A stretch of DNA of 64,000 nt from Heteronotia binoei (lineage: Eukaryota): positions 142,166,001 to 142,230,000 of the forward strand of contig NC_083227.1 in NCBI RefSeq assembly GCF_032191835.1, in the 5' to 3' direction. The position numbers were made by a program, and so were the translations under genes. The notes under the pieces were generated by a model that saw only the letters and a list, made by a program, of their open reading frames with translations, made no database searches and had not been told where the DNA came from. Shown piece after piece: positions 1-10,293 of this stretch. Within the stretch, counting starts at the first letter, position 1; every line of letters starts with the position of its first letter.

Positions 1-209
1 TATACCGGGACCATTAAAAGTCCCGGTTTAGCCAGCTAGAGGAGCCGGCGGGCCGCGCGCACGGGCAGGGAAGGCGGGGAGTGAGGGAGCAAGCGTCCCT
101 GCGCGTGCGCACGGCGATTGGCGGGCTGTGCGCATGCGCCAAATGCCGTGCACACGTGCAGGGACGGTCCCTCCCTCACTCGGTGGCCTGCATTTCCCTC
201 CCCTTCCCT

Positions 210-3200
210 CCCCGACCCGCCGGGAGGCTGCCTGGGCCGCGCTGCGGCTCAGCGGCGGCCTCCATTTCCCTTCCCTTCCCTCCCCGCCCCTCCGGGAGGC
301 TGCCCGGGCCGCACTGCGGCCCGGCGGCGGCCTCCCTTGGGCTCCCCTTCCCTCCCCGACTCACTGGGAGGCCGCCCGGGCCGCAGCGCGGCCCGGCGGC
401 GGCCTCCCTTGGGCTCCCCTTCCCTCCCCGACTCACTGGGAGGCCGCCCGGGCCGCAGCGCGGCCCGGCGGCGGCCTCCCTTGGGCTCCCCTTCCCTCCC
501 CGACTCACTGGGAGGCCGCCCGGGCCGCAGCGCGGCCCGGCGGCGGCCTCCCTTGGGCTCCCCTTCCCTCCCCGACTCACCGGGAGGCCGCCCGGGCCGC
601 AGCGCGGCCCGGCGGCGGCCTCCCTTGGGCTCCCCTCCCCTTCCCTCCCCTTCCCTCCCTGACTCACCGGGAGGCCGCCCGGGCCGCAGCGCGGCCCGGC
701 AGCGTCCTCCCTTGGGCTCCCCTTCCCCCCCTTCCCTCCCTGACTCACCGGGAGGCCGCCCGGGCCGCAGCGCGGCCCGGCAGCGGCCTCCCTTGGGCTC
801 CCCTTCCCCCCCCTTCCCTCCCTGACTCACCGGGAGGCCGCCCGGGCCGCAGCGCGGCCCGGCAGCGGCCTCCCTTGGGCTCCCCTTCCCCCCCTTCCCT
901 CCCTGACTCACCAGGAGGCCGCCCGGGCCGCAGCGCGGCCCGGCAGCGGCCTCCCTTGGGCTCCCCTTCCCCCCCTTCCCTCCCTGACTCACCGGGAAGC
1001 CGCCCGGGCCGCAGCGCGGCCCGGCAGCGGCCTCCCTTGGGCTCCCCTTCCCCCCCCTTCCCTCCCTGACTCACCGGGAGGCCGCCCGGGCCGCAGCGCG
1101 GCCCGGCGGCGGCCTCCCTTGGGCTCCCCTTCCCCCCCTTCCCTCCCTGACTCACCGGGAGGCCGCCCGGGCCGCAGCGCGGCCCGGCGGCGGCCTCCCT
1201 TGGGCTCCCCTTCCCCCCCCTTCCCTCCCTGACTCACCGGGAGGCCGCCCGGGCCGCAGCGCGGCCCGGCGGCGGCCTCCCTTGGGCTCCCCTTCCCCCC
1301 CTTCCCTCCCTGACTCACCGGGAGGCCGCCCGGGCCGCAGCGCGGCCCTGCGGCGGCCTCCCTTGGGCTCCCCTTCCCCCCCCTTCCCTCCCTGACTCAC
1401 CGGGAGGCCGCCCGGGCCGCAGCGCGGCCCGGCGGCGGCCTCCCTTGGGCTCCCCTTCCCCCCTTCCCTCCCTGACTCACCGGGAGGCCGCCCGGGCCGC
1501 AGCGCGGCCCGGCGGCGGCCTCCCTTGGGCTCCCCTTCCCCCCCTTCCCTCCCTGACTCACCGGGAGGCCGCCCGGGCCGCAGCGCGGCCCGGCCGCGGC
1601 CTCCCTTGGGCTCCCCTTCCCCCCCCTTCCCTCCCTGACTCACCGGGAGGCCGCCCGGGCCGCAGCGCGGCCCGGCGGCGGCCACCCTTGGGCTCCCCTT
1701 CCCCCCCTTCCCTCCCTGACTCACCGGGAGGCCGCCCGGGCCGCAGCGCGGCCCGGCGGCGGCCTCCCTTGGGCTCCCCTTCCCTCCCTGACTCACCGGG
1801 AGGCCGCCCTCCGGTGACCAGCGCCGGCCTCTCCGCCGCCTCCCCGGCGGCCTCCCTTGGGCTCCCCTTCCCCCCCTTCCCTCCCTGACTCACCGGGAAG
1901 CCGCCCGGGCCGCAGCGCGGCCCGGCAGCGGCCTCCCTTGGGCTCCCCTTCCCCCCCTTCCCTCCCTGACTCACCGGGAGGCCGCCCGGGCCGCAGCGCG
2001 GCCCGGCGGCGGCCTCCCTTGGGCTCCCCTTCCCCCCCTTCCCTCCCTGACTCACCGGGAGGCCGCCCGGGCCGCAGCGCGGCCCGGCGGCGGCCTCCCT
2101 TGGGCTCCCCTTCCCCCCCCTTCCCTCCCTGACTCACCGGGAGGCCGCCCGGGCCGCAGCGCGGCCCGGCGGCGGCCTCCCTTGGGCTCCCCTTCCCCCC
2201 CTTCCCTCCCTGACTCACCGGGAGGCCGCCCGGGCCGCAGCGCGGCCCGGCGGCGGCCTCCCTTGGGCTCCCCTTCCCCCCCCTTCCCTCCCTGACTCAC
2301 CGGGAGGCCGCCCGGGCCGCAGCGCGGCCCGGCGGCGGCCTCCCTTGGGCTCCCCTTCCCCCCCTTCCCTCCCTGACTCACCGGGAGGCCGCCCGGGCCG
2401 CAGCGCGGCCCGGCGGCGGCCTCCCTTGGGCTCCCCTTCCCCCCCTTCCCTCCCTGACTCACCGGGAGGCCGCCCGGGCCGCAGCGCGGCCCGGCCGCGG
2501 CCTCCCTTGGGCTCCCCTTCCCCCCCTTCCCTCCCTGACTCACCGGGAGGCCGCCCGGGCCGCAGCGCGGCCCGGCGGCGGCCTCCCTTGGGCTCCCCTT
2601 CCCTCCCTGACTCACCGGGAGGCCGCCCTCCGGTGACCAGCGCCGGCCTCTCCGCCGCCTCCCCGGCGGCCTCCCTTGGGCTCCCCTTCCCCCCCTTCCC
2701 TCCCTGACTCACCGGGAGGCCGCCCGGGCCGCAGCGCGGCCCGGCAGCGGGCTCCCTTGGGCTCCCCTTCCCCCCCTGACTCACCGGGAGGCCGCCCGGG
2801 CCGCAGCGCGGCCCGGCGGCGGCCTCCCTTGGGCTCCCCTTCCCCCCCTTCCCTCCCTGACTCACCGGGAGGCCGCCCGGGCCGCAGCGCGGCCCGGCGG
2901 CGGCCTCCCTTGGGCTCCCCTTCCCCCCCCTTCCCTCCCTGACTCACCGGGAGGCCGCCCGGGCCGCAGCGCGGCCCGGCGGCGGCCTCCCTTGGGCTCC
3001 CCTTCCCCCCTTCCCTCCCTGACTCACCGGGAGGCCGCCCGGGCCGCAGCGCGGCCCGGCGGCGGCCTCCCTTGGGCTCCCCTTCCCCCCCTTCCCTCCC
3101 TGACTCACCGGGAGGCCGCCCGGGCCGCAGCGCGGCCCGGCCGCGGCCTCCCTTGGGCTCCCCTTCCCCCCCCTTCCCTCCCTGACTCACCGGGAGGCCG

Positions 3201-3650
3201 CCCGGGCCGCAGCGCGGCCCGGCGGCGGCCTCCCTTGGGCTCCCCTTCCCCCCCTTCCCTCCCTGACTCACCGGGAGGCCGCCCGGGCCGCAGCGCGGCC
3301 CGGCGGCGGCCTCCCTTGGGCTCCCCTTCCCTCCCTGACTCACCGGGAGGCCGCCCTCCGGTGACCAGCGCCGGCCTCTCCGCCGCCTCCCCGGCGGCCT
3401 CCCTTGGGCTCCCCTTCCCCCCCTTCCCTCCCTGACTCACCGGGAGGCCGCCCGGGCCGCAGCGCGGCCCGGCAGCGGGCTCCCTTGGGCTCCCCTTCCC
3501 CCCCTTCCCTCCCTGACTCACCGGGAGGCCGCCCGGGCCGCAGCGCGGCCCGGCGGCGGCCTCCCTTGGGCTCCCCTTCCCTCCCTGACTCACCGGGAGG
3601 CCGCCCTCCGGTGACCAGCGCCGGCCTCTCCGCCGCCTCCCCGGCCTCTG
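210..3650. repeat. GC/CpG-rich minisatellite, about 42 units of 72-82 bp with higher-order variants
   Basis: Unit gactcaccgggaggccgcccgggccgcagcgcggcccggcggcggcctcccttgggctcccc(ttccccccc)ttccctccct. A variant unit (ctccggtgaccagcgccggcc) recurs near 1801, 2620, 3348 and 3598. Confidence 0.95.
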
Positions 3651-3716
3651 GACCAGCCCTGGTATCAGGTAAGCAGGGCAGGGAGGGAGGGGGCCGAAAG
3701 CGGGGGGGGGCGGCTG

Positions 3717-3977
3717 NNNNNNNNNNNNNNNNNNNNNNNNNNNNNNNNNNNNNNNNNNNNNNNNNNNNNNNNNNNNNNNNNNNNNNNNNNNNNNNNNNNN
3801 NNNNNNNNNNNNNNNNNNNNNNNNNNNNNNNNNNNNNNNNNNNNNNNNNNNNNNNNNNNNNNNNNNNNNNNNNNNNNNNNNNNNNNNNNNNNNNNNNNNN
3901 NNNNNNNNNNNNNNNNNNNNNNNNNNNNNNNNNNNNNNNNNNNNNNNNNNNNNNNNNNNNNNNNNNNNNNNNNNNNN
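3717..3977. other. Assembly gap (261 N)
   Basis: Run of N lying between two tandem arrays. Confidence 1.
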
Positions 3978-4530
3978 CCTTATGTTCTTATGTAACACAG
4001 AGTGTTGGACTGGAGGGGCCACTGGCCTGATCCAACAGGGCTTCTCTTATGTTCTTATGTAACACAGAGTGTTGGACTGGAGGGGCCACTGGCCTGATCC
4101 AACAGGGCTTCTCTTATGTTCTTATGTGACACAGAGTGTTGGACTGGAGGGGCCACTGGCCTGATCTAACAGGGCTTCTCTTATGTTCTTATGTGACCAG
4201 AGTGGTGGACTGGATGAGCCATTGGTCTGATGCAACAGGGCTTCTCTTATATTTTTATGTGGCACAGAGTGTTGGACTGGAGGGGCCACTGGCCTGATGC
4301 AACAGGGCTTCTCTTATGTTCTTATGTGACACAGAGTGTTGGACTGGAGGGGCCACTGGCCTGATCTAACAGGGCTTCTCTTATGTTCTTATGTGACCAG
4401 AGTGGTGAACTGGATGAGCCATTGGTCTGATCCAACAGGGCTTCTGTTATGTTCTTATGTGACGCATAGTGTTGGACTGGATGGGCCATTGGCCTGATCC
4501 AACATGGCTTCTCTTATGTTCTTATGTGAC
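3978..4530 (+). repeat. Tandem array of about 8 x 67 bp units derived from the CR1 3' terminus
   Basis: Unit starts at 3981, 4048, 4115 and onward. The unit closely matches the 3' end of the CR1 at 23578-23642 (cagagtgttggactggatgggccattggcctgat..aacatggcttctct.atgttctta). Confidence 0.9.
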
Positions 4531-4598
4531 AATACTGACTTTGGTGGACCCAAGCACTGATTCAGTGTAAGGGAGCTTTGTGTTTGTGTCTTCTGGTG

Positions 4599-5494
4599 CA
4601 ATTTTGTTCTCAGATCCTGTATTTACTTCATCAGTATATGGGATAAGGCACTTTCTCAACTGTGCTGCATAATGCAGCCTATTTATTTTGTCCTGTTTGC
4701 TCTGTTGGCTCTATCTGCGCCACCTTCATCACTTTCGGGGTGTGGATCCCCCAGTGGGGTGGGCTCCCGACTCCCTCCGCCGGCTGTCTCTTATAGCCCT
4801 GCGCCCCCTCTTTCATTTGATATGTGTCCCGTGCGGGTGCCACCCTCCCGCCGGGAGATGCCGCAAAATGAGCCCCCTTGAGGCTTATGGCGGCAGGGCT
4901 CGGGGGAAGCGAGCTAGACTGCTGTTCTTTTGAGGGGTTATAGAGTGTTTCGAGCCCCTCCCTGTGGCATCCGTCCCATCGTTGTGGGACCCAGGGGGCC
5001 GGCGCAGCGGCCTGCCGAAGCAGCCTGTCACTAATAACACAGGTCGAGATGCGGAAGTGACTGACAGGCTGCTTCAGCGGGCCGCTGCGCCGGCCCCCTG
5101 GGTCCCACAATGATGGGACCGATGCCACAGGGAGGGGCTCGAAACACTCTATAACCCCTCAAAAGAACAGCAGTCTAGCTTGCTTCCCCCGAGCCCTGCC
5201 GCCATAAGCCTCAAGGGGGCTCATTTTGCGGCATCTCCCGGCAGGAGGGTGGCACCCGCACGGGGACACATATCAAATGAAAGAGGGGGCGCAGGGCTAT
5301 CAGAAACAGCCGGCGGAGGGAGTCGGGAGCCCACCCCACTGGGGGATCCACACCCCGAAAGTGATGAAGGTGGCGCAGATAGAGCCAACAGAGCCAACAG
5401 GACAAAATAAATAGGCTGCATTATGCAGCACAGTTGAGAAAGTGCCTTATCCCATATACTGATGAAGTATATACAGGATTTGAGAACAAAATTG
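4599..5494. repeat. Long inverted repeat (foldback): arms 4599-5030 and 5062-5494, 31 nt spacer
   Basis: The arms are reverse complements with about 12-13 differences in about 432 bp by hand count. No flanking TSD is visible. Confidence 0.95.
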
Positions 5495-5523
5495 TTTCCG
5501 GCGGTGATATTTGGGGGATTTTT

Positions 5524-5813
5524 GGGGACGTCACAGGAAGTGCTGTGAAGTCACTTCCTGTTTCCGGCAGTGGCATTTGGGGGAAATGATGTCATTTGGG
5601 GGAAATGATGTCACAGGAAGTGATGTCACTTCCTGCTTCCGGCAGGTGGCGCGGGGGAAATGATGTCACAGGAAGTGATGTCACTTCCCGTTTCCGGCAG
5701 GTGGTGCAGGGGGAAATGATGTCACAGGAAGTGCTGTCACTTCCTGTTTTCGGTGGTGGCATGACATCACCGGAAGTGCCGTCACCGGAAGTGACGTCAC
5801 TTCCTGTTTCCGG
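5524..5813. repeat. About 55 bp minisatellite of palindromic ACAGGAAGTGA-TG-TCACTTCCTG units
   Basis: Cores at 5613, 5668 and 5724. The last unit is CCGGAAGTGACGTCACTTCCTG at 5785-5806. Confidence 0.85.
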
Positions 5814-5901
5814 CGGCGCGCACGCGCTTCGCGCGTGCACACCCCTACCTCCCCCCCCCCAAGGTGTCCCTGGCTGGCCTTCAGACATTATGGCCACCCT
5901 A
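5814..5901. mobile_element. Right end of a hAT (Tip100-like) non-autonomous element, possibly enclosing all of 1-5901
   Basis: Terminus tggccacccta at 5891-5901 (reverse complement TAGGGTGGCCA) resembles the TAGGGTTGCCA-ended MITEs elsewhere in the window. The left end is not visible. Confidence 0.45.
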
Positions 5902-6143
5902 CCATGCCCTGTCCCTGCCCCCCATGGGGGTCTTTAAATGAGGGATAGGTGAAGGTTGCTGCCACACTGCCCCTTCCACCTGTCCAGGACCCAGCCAGGT
6001 TAAAGAGGTGGTTGCTTTGGAATGAGGCTGCACTGCCTCTTTCATCTGCCCAGGTCCCAGGCAGGCAAAAGGGGTGGTGCAGCACCTCTGCCTTGCTCCA
6101 TGGCCCGGTTGCTAACAGGTCACCCGGGGGTTGGGGACACCTG
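5902..6143 (-). mobile_element. Partial hAT-Charlie-type MITE
   Basis: Ends ggttgctaacaggtc...ggttggggacacctg, the reverse complement of the caggggtccccaac...cctgttagcaac start of the copies at 11838 and 29377. Confidence 0.65.
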
Positions 6144-6689
6144 CCTTAAAGCGTCTTGCTGGCTACTGTAGGGAAACAAATGCTGAACTAAATGGACCAG
6201 CAAAGCTTGTCTTGTAAAATGATCCCAAAATAATTTAGAGCAATATTTCTCAAACTAGGGTCTGAAACAGTATGCCAGGGTGTCAGTGATAGTTGGGTGA
6301 ACTCAGCTGAAAAGTCCATTCTTTCTTTCCCTGTTGTCTATCCCTGACCACTGCTAGTCCAACAATTCAACAGATTAACATTTTCCCGTCATTACATTTC
6401 TATGACCTTCTGGCCAAAGTTCATCACTGCGGGACAGGCAGGAAATCAACCCAGATTTTCCCATTACTGCGCTTCTGAAGAAAAGAAGGATGAGCTGCTA
6501 AACTTCTTGGATGATTGTTAAAGGCACAGGAGCCCTAGCAGAACACAACCAAAAAGATTAAGGTACTCCAACATTCAAAAATTCATAACTATATTTAAAG
6601 ATAAAATGGAAGCAGTCATTTAGAAACTGGTCTTATGATAAATTTGTATTGAAAGCTGTTTGTATAAAGCACCTTCTTTTAAAATAAAC

Positions 6690-6810
6690 CAGCATCTGTC
6701 TGATGACTGAAAACTTCATACTTCTAATGAAGCAGCCTCTGATTCATGAAAGCTTAGGGAGCCTTTGGACTCCTGTTTAATTATACTGCAACAGGCTATA
6801 TTAACTGCCC
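6690..6810 (+). mobile_element. Decayed Penelope-like element terminal fragment with a degenerate hammerhead
   Basis: ctaatga-agcagcctctgattcat-gaaa-gctta at 6724-6756, followed by ggagcctttggactc...tactgcaacag, resembling Neptune-type PLE ends. Confidence 0.5.
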
Positions 6811-7534
6811 CTCAGAAATGTTCTATTTGGACTAGATAGCATTTCAATGTAATGTATTACTTTGCACTTTTACTAGCTTGTAATAACAGAGTCTGAGAAA
6901 ACTAGGGCACCACTAATCCCATCTGTACAGGAATGAGTCCTTAAACAAAGAAAAGCTTCTAATTCATGCAAAGTTGTCTAGACTTACATTAAAATGTACA
7001 ACTGAAGGTCTGCAAACCTTTGACAAAATAACATGCCGTGATTTCTCATCAATTCCCTTTTACCCCACTACCTCAGAAACTGCAAGTATGCAACAGCTTG
7101 GATCCAAGCCGCCAAGAATGGAGAGCAGTTTGTGGAAGCAATTTTCACCGATTTCCCTCTTTACCACTGTACCCCCCCCCCTTTTGGAACTTCCTGGGAA
7201 TGGTGCGTGCTGAACACACCACAGTGAAAAGATGCACACATCTATCTTGTGTGAGCACTTACATGAAAGTACTAAGAGCCTGCACAAATTAATGCAATTC
7301 TAGTGGATTAATGACCTTTATTCATGCCATTCTAGTAGATTGATGACCTTTAGGAGCAGCATTATGAGGAGGAGCAAAATCAATGGACAAAAGCCCCTTC
7401 TACAAAAGCCACTCAATTCACAGTAGCTTTAACCCAAGTCTATGTAACTAAATACCATCATCCATCCCCATGAAATGCCAGCCAAGACAACTTGCATGCT
7501 TTTGAAAGGTCTGCTCCTCTCCACCGCCCACTGC

Positions 7535-8100
7535 TGGACCCAGGATAGATGAGGATTGGGCCACTGGGGAAGCTACTAGGCAGTAGTTGTTGCTAGGCAA
7601 CTGAAAAAAGCTGTTGCTTCTGTCAGTAAAACGCAACCAAGCTTGATTCTCTTAGTAAAAGGCAGGGAGGAGCAGACCCTTCCCAGGCCTATTTTGGCCT
7701 TTGAGGGAGATCACTGGGCCGTTCTACTCCCTCTAAGCTGTGGAGTCTTGTGAGCAAAAATTCTACTTTGTGAACAACTGCATAAATTAGTTTGCTCTGG
7801 GGACATTTTTCCTGAGCTAAGACAAAAATGTGTGAACTGCATGCTAAAAAACTGTGACCTAGCTCACACTAACTCAGCTTAGAAGGAACACTAGTTCTGA
7901 CTACAGTTGCCAGGTTGGTGGGAAATTCCTGGAGATTTTGTGGTGGAGTCTAAGGAAGCCAGAGTTTGGAGAGGTCTTGCCTGAATATCATGCCAGAGTC
8001 CACCCTATAGACAGATCTGTTGCCTAGAGTTCAGTTGTGGTACCAGATCTTCAGGCTCTATCTTGGAGGCTGGCTACCCTAGGCCTGGCAGCAGCCTCAA
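7535..8100 (+). mobile_element. Composite interspersed repeat containing a TAGGGTTGCCA-type MITE portion; interrupted by a younger MITE
   Basis: Collinear with the inverted copy at about 41990-42480 and a partial copy at about 43390-43660. Confidence 0.7.
7721..7893 (+). mobile_element. hAT MITE, CAATGTTCCCTCTAAGCTG family, degenerate copy
   Basis: Same body as the copies at 25057 and 53225. It is absent from the paralogous empty site near 42272. Remnant TSD gttct(gac). Confidence 0.8.
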
Positions 8101-8571
8101 TTTTTACAGTTGTCCCCTGCTGCTCAAGATTCCTAAATCAATGAGTGTCTAAGGGTACATAAGGAAAGTTGCCCCCTGAAATCTTACTCACACTGTTCTC
8201 AAATTCTGCACTGGGAGTCTTTACTGCCTGAATGGATTGTTTTTATAATCTGTAATCACCTTCAAATGACGTTAATAAAATAAATTTGCATTCAAACTCC
8301 TTCAATATCTAACATTTCCCAAATTGGGTAACTGAAAGAAACTTTACCTAAATGATAAGCATGTGATGATGCTCAAAGGAAAGAAAAGGAAAGAAAATAT
8401 TTGTGTGAACATATTTTATGTGAAGACTACAGTTAAAAATACAGTTCATGTGGGAGTGGGAAAAAGACTTGAAAAGCTTGTAGGAATAAATACCCAGCTT
8501 CTGCCAAGAATAACACTAGTAAATGCAAATATACATACAGTACTACTTATACATATGTACAAAAATACCTA

Positions 8572-8784
<213 letters not shown>

Positions 8785-9915
8785 TTATATTTTAGTACCC
8801 ATTCCATGGAAGAGAGGGAATAAACTCTGCTATAGTCTCCAACTAAAATACTCTTAAATGGTATAATTACAATGCTGAATGAGAGATATCAATAGCACAT
8901 TAACCACTGATAGTACTGGAAAGTGGTAAAAATATTCCATGTTCAAGAAGGAAGGAAGTCAGAGTAGAAAAATTGCAAGTAGAATTATGACAACTTGAGA
9001 CAGTATCACATTTTTATTATTGCTGTTCCATCAAGGAGCTTGGGATGAGAAACGATTTAAAAGAGGTTTTTAATTAGAACAGGTTATGGAAAAAAATTAT
9101 CATTTTGAGTTGCAAGATACATCAATGTACCTGGACCTTCAGCTTCCCAATGCAGAAATAACAAAGGAAAACAAATTAAAAGTAATTATGTAACATTCAT
9201 GTGCATGACAGGGTTTTTTTTTCGCAGAACAGATTTTGAGTAGTAACAGATGCGGATGTCCCTCTACCCACCACAGTCAATTCCTGGGCTGCTGAATCCC
9301 CATACACTAACAGATATAAAAAAGAGGAGAGTTGCACTGAGAAGGTGAAAGGGGGCAATATCACCCTTTCTCTCTGCAGCAGAGCTCTGCTGAAAGATAA
9401 GGGAGATGAGGAAGATCTGTCTCTCTTCTTCTGCCTCAGTCCCCTAAACAACACAGCATTTAGTCTGTGCAGGGCCTACAACCCCAACAATCAACTTTCA
9501 CAGCACCAGAAAGGGGAACAAGATCTACAAAACTTGTATCCACGAAAGGTGGGATACAGTTCTATGAATTCTCTGCCTTTTCCATTTATAAGCAGCCAGG
9601 AACTTTGCTGCCAGTAAGACCAGTCTGAAAATTTTTGTTCTGAAAATGTTGTTTTACCACTTTAAAAGAACAGGGAGGAAATTTCTTGGGTTTTGAAAGC
9701 TGTGAAGTGAACAAACCAAATCTTCCGGAATTTTTATTATACCAGGGATCCAAATATAGGCAGGGCTTGGAAGCAAAGTAAATCCTACTACACTTTTCAA
9801 AGACAAACAGTTTTCCATGTCAAATTACATAGCGGTTTTAACATGATACACTTCCTCCTTTCTTCTGAAAAAACAATCAAATATAAAATAAGACAGACAT
9901 ACAATTTGGCCTGTT

Positions 9916-10293
9916 ATAGATAGATAGATAAATTTATTGTCATTGTTCTCAAAAAAGAAAATGAGAGCAACGAAATGAGGTGCTCTTCCACAAACATACC
10001 AACACATCAACACCCCCCCCCCTCAAAGGACATATACATAGACCATTTAAATGCATCTAAAAACAAATAACCATTCATAACCCTGCATTTAGCCTAACCA
10101 CGGCACTTGGATAGAAACTGCCCTTGAATCTATTTGTCTTAGCCTTCAACACTCTATATCGCCTACCTGACGGTAAGATCTCAAATAGCAAGTGGCCCGG
10201 ATGTGAAGGGTCCCTTAAGATCATTTGTATCTTCCTTTTACATCCCATATTATACAGATCCACCAATGAGGGGAGAGAACATCCAACATTGTT
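9916..10293 (-). mobile_element. 5'-truncated Rex1/Babar-type LINE 3' end
   Basis: ORF 10075-10266 contains ILRDPSHPGHLLFEILPSGRRYR...TNRFKGSFYPSAVVRLN, typical of the Rex1 C-terminus. (TCTA)n tail at 9916-9930. Confidence 0.8.

Noticed and set aside
81-4030. Many long Pro/Arg/Gly-rich ORFs in the track
   Set aside because: They are translations of the stop-poor GC minisatellite in all frames, and two run through the N gap.
3978-4530. CRISPR-like regular repeat array
   Set aside because: Units are contiguous with no unique spacers, match the CR1 tail, and the DNA is vertebrate.
5457-5490. CTGATGA in the palindrome arms as a hammerhead core
   Set aside because: It is followed by GAGA rather than GAAA, with no convincing stem II or stem I.
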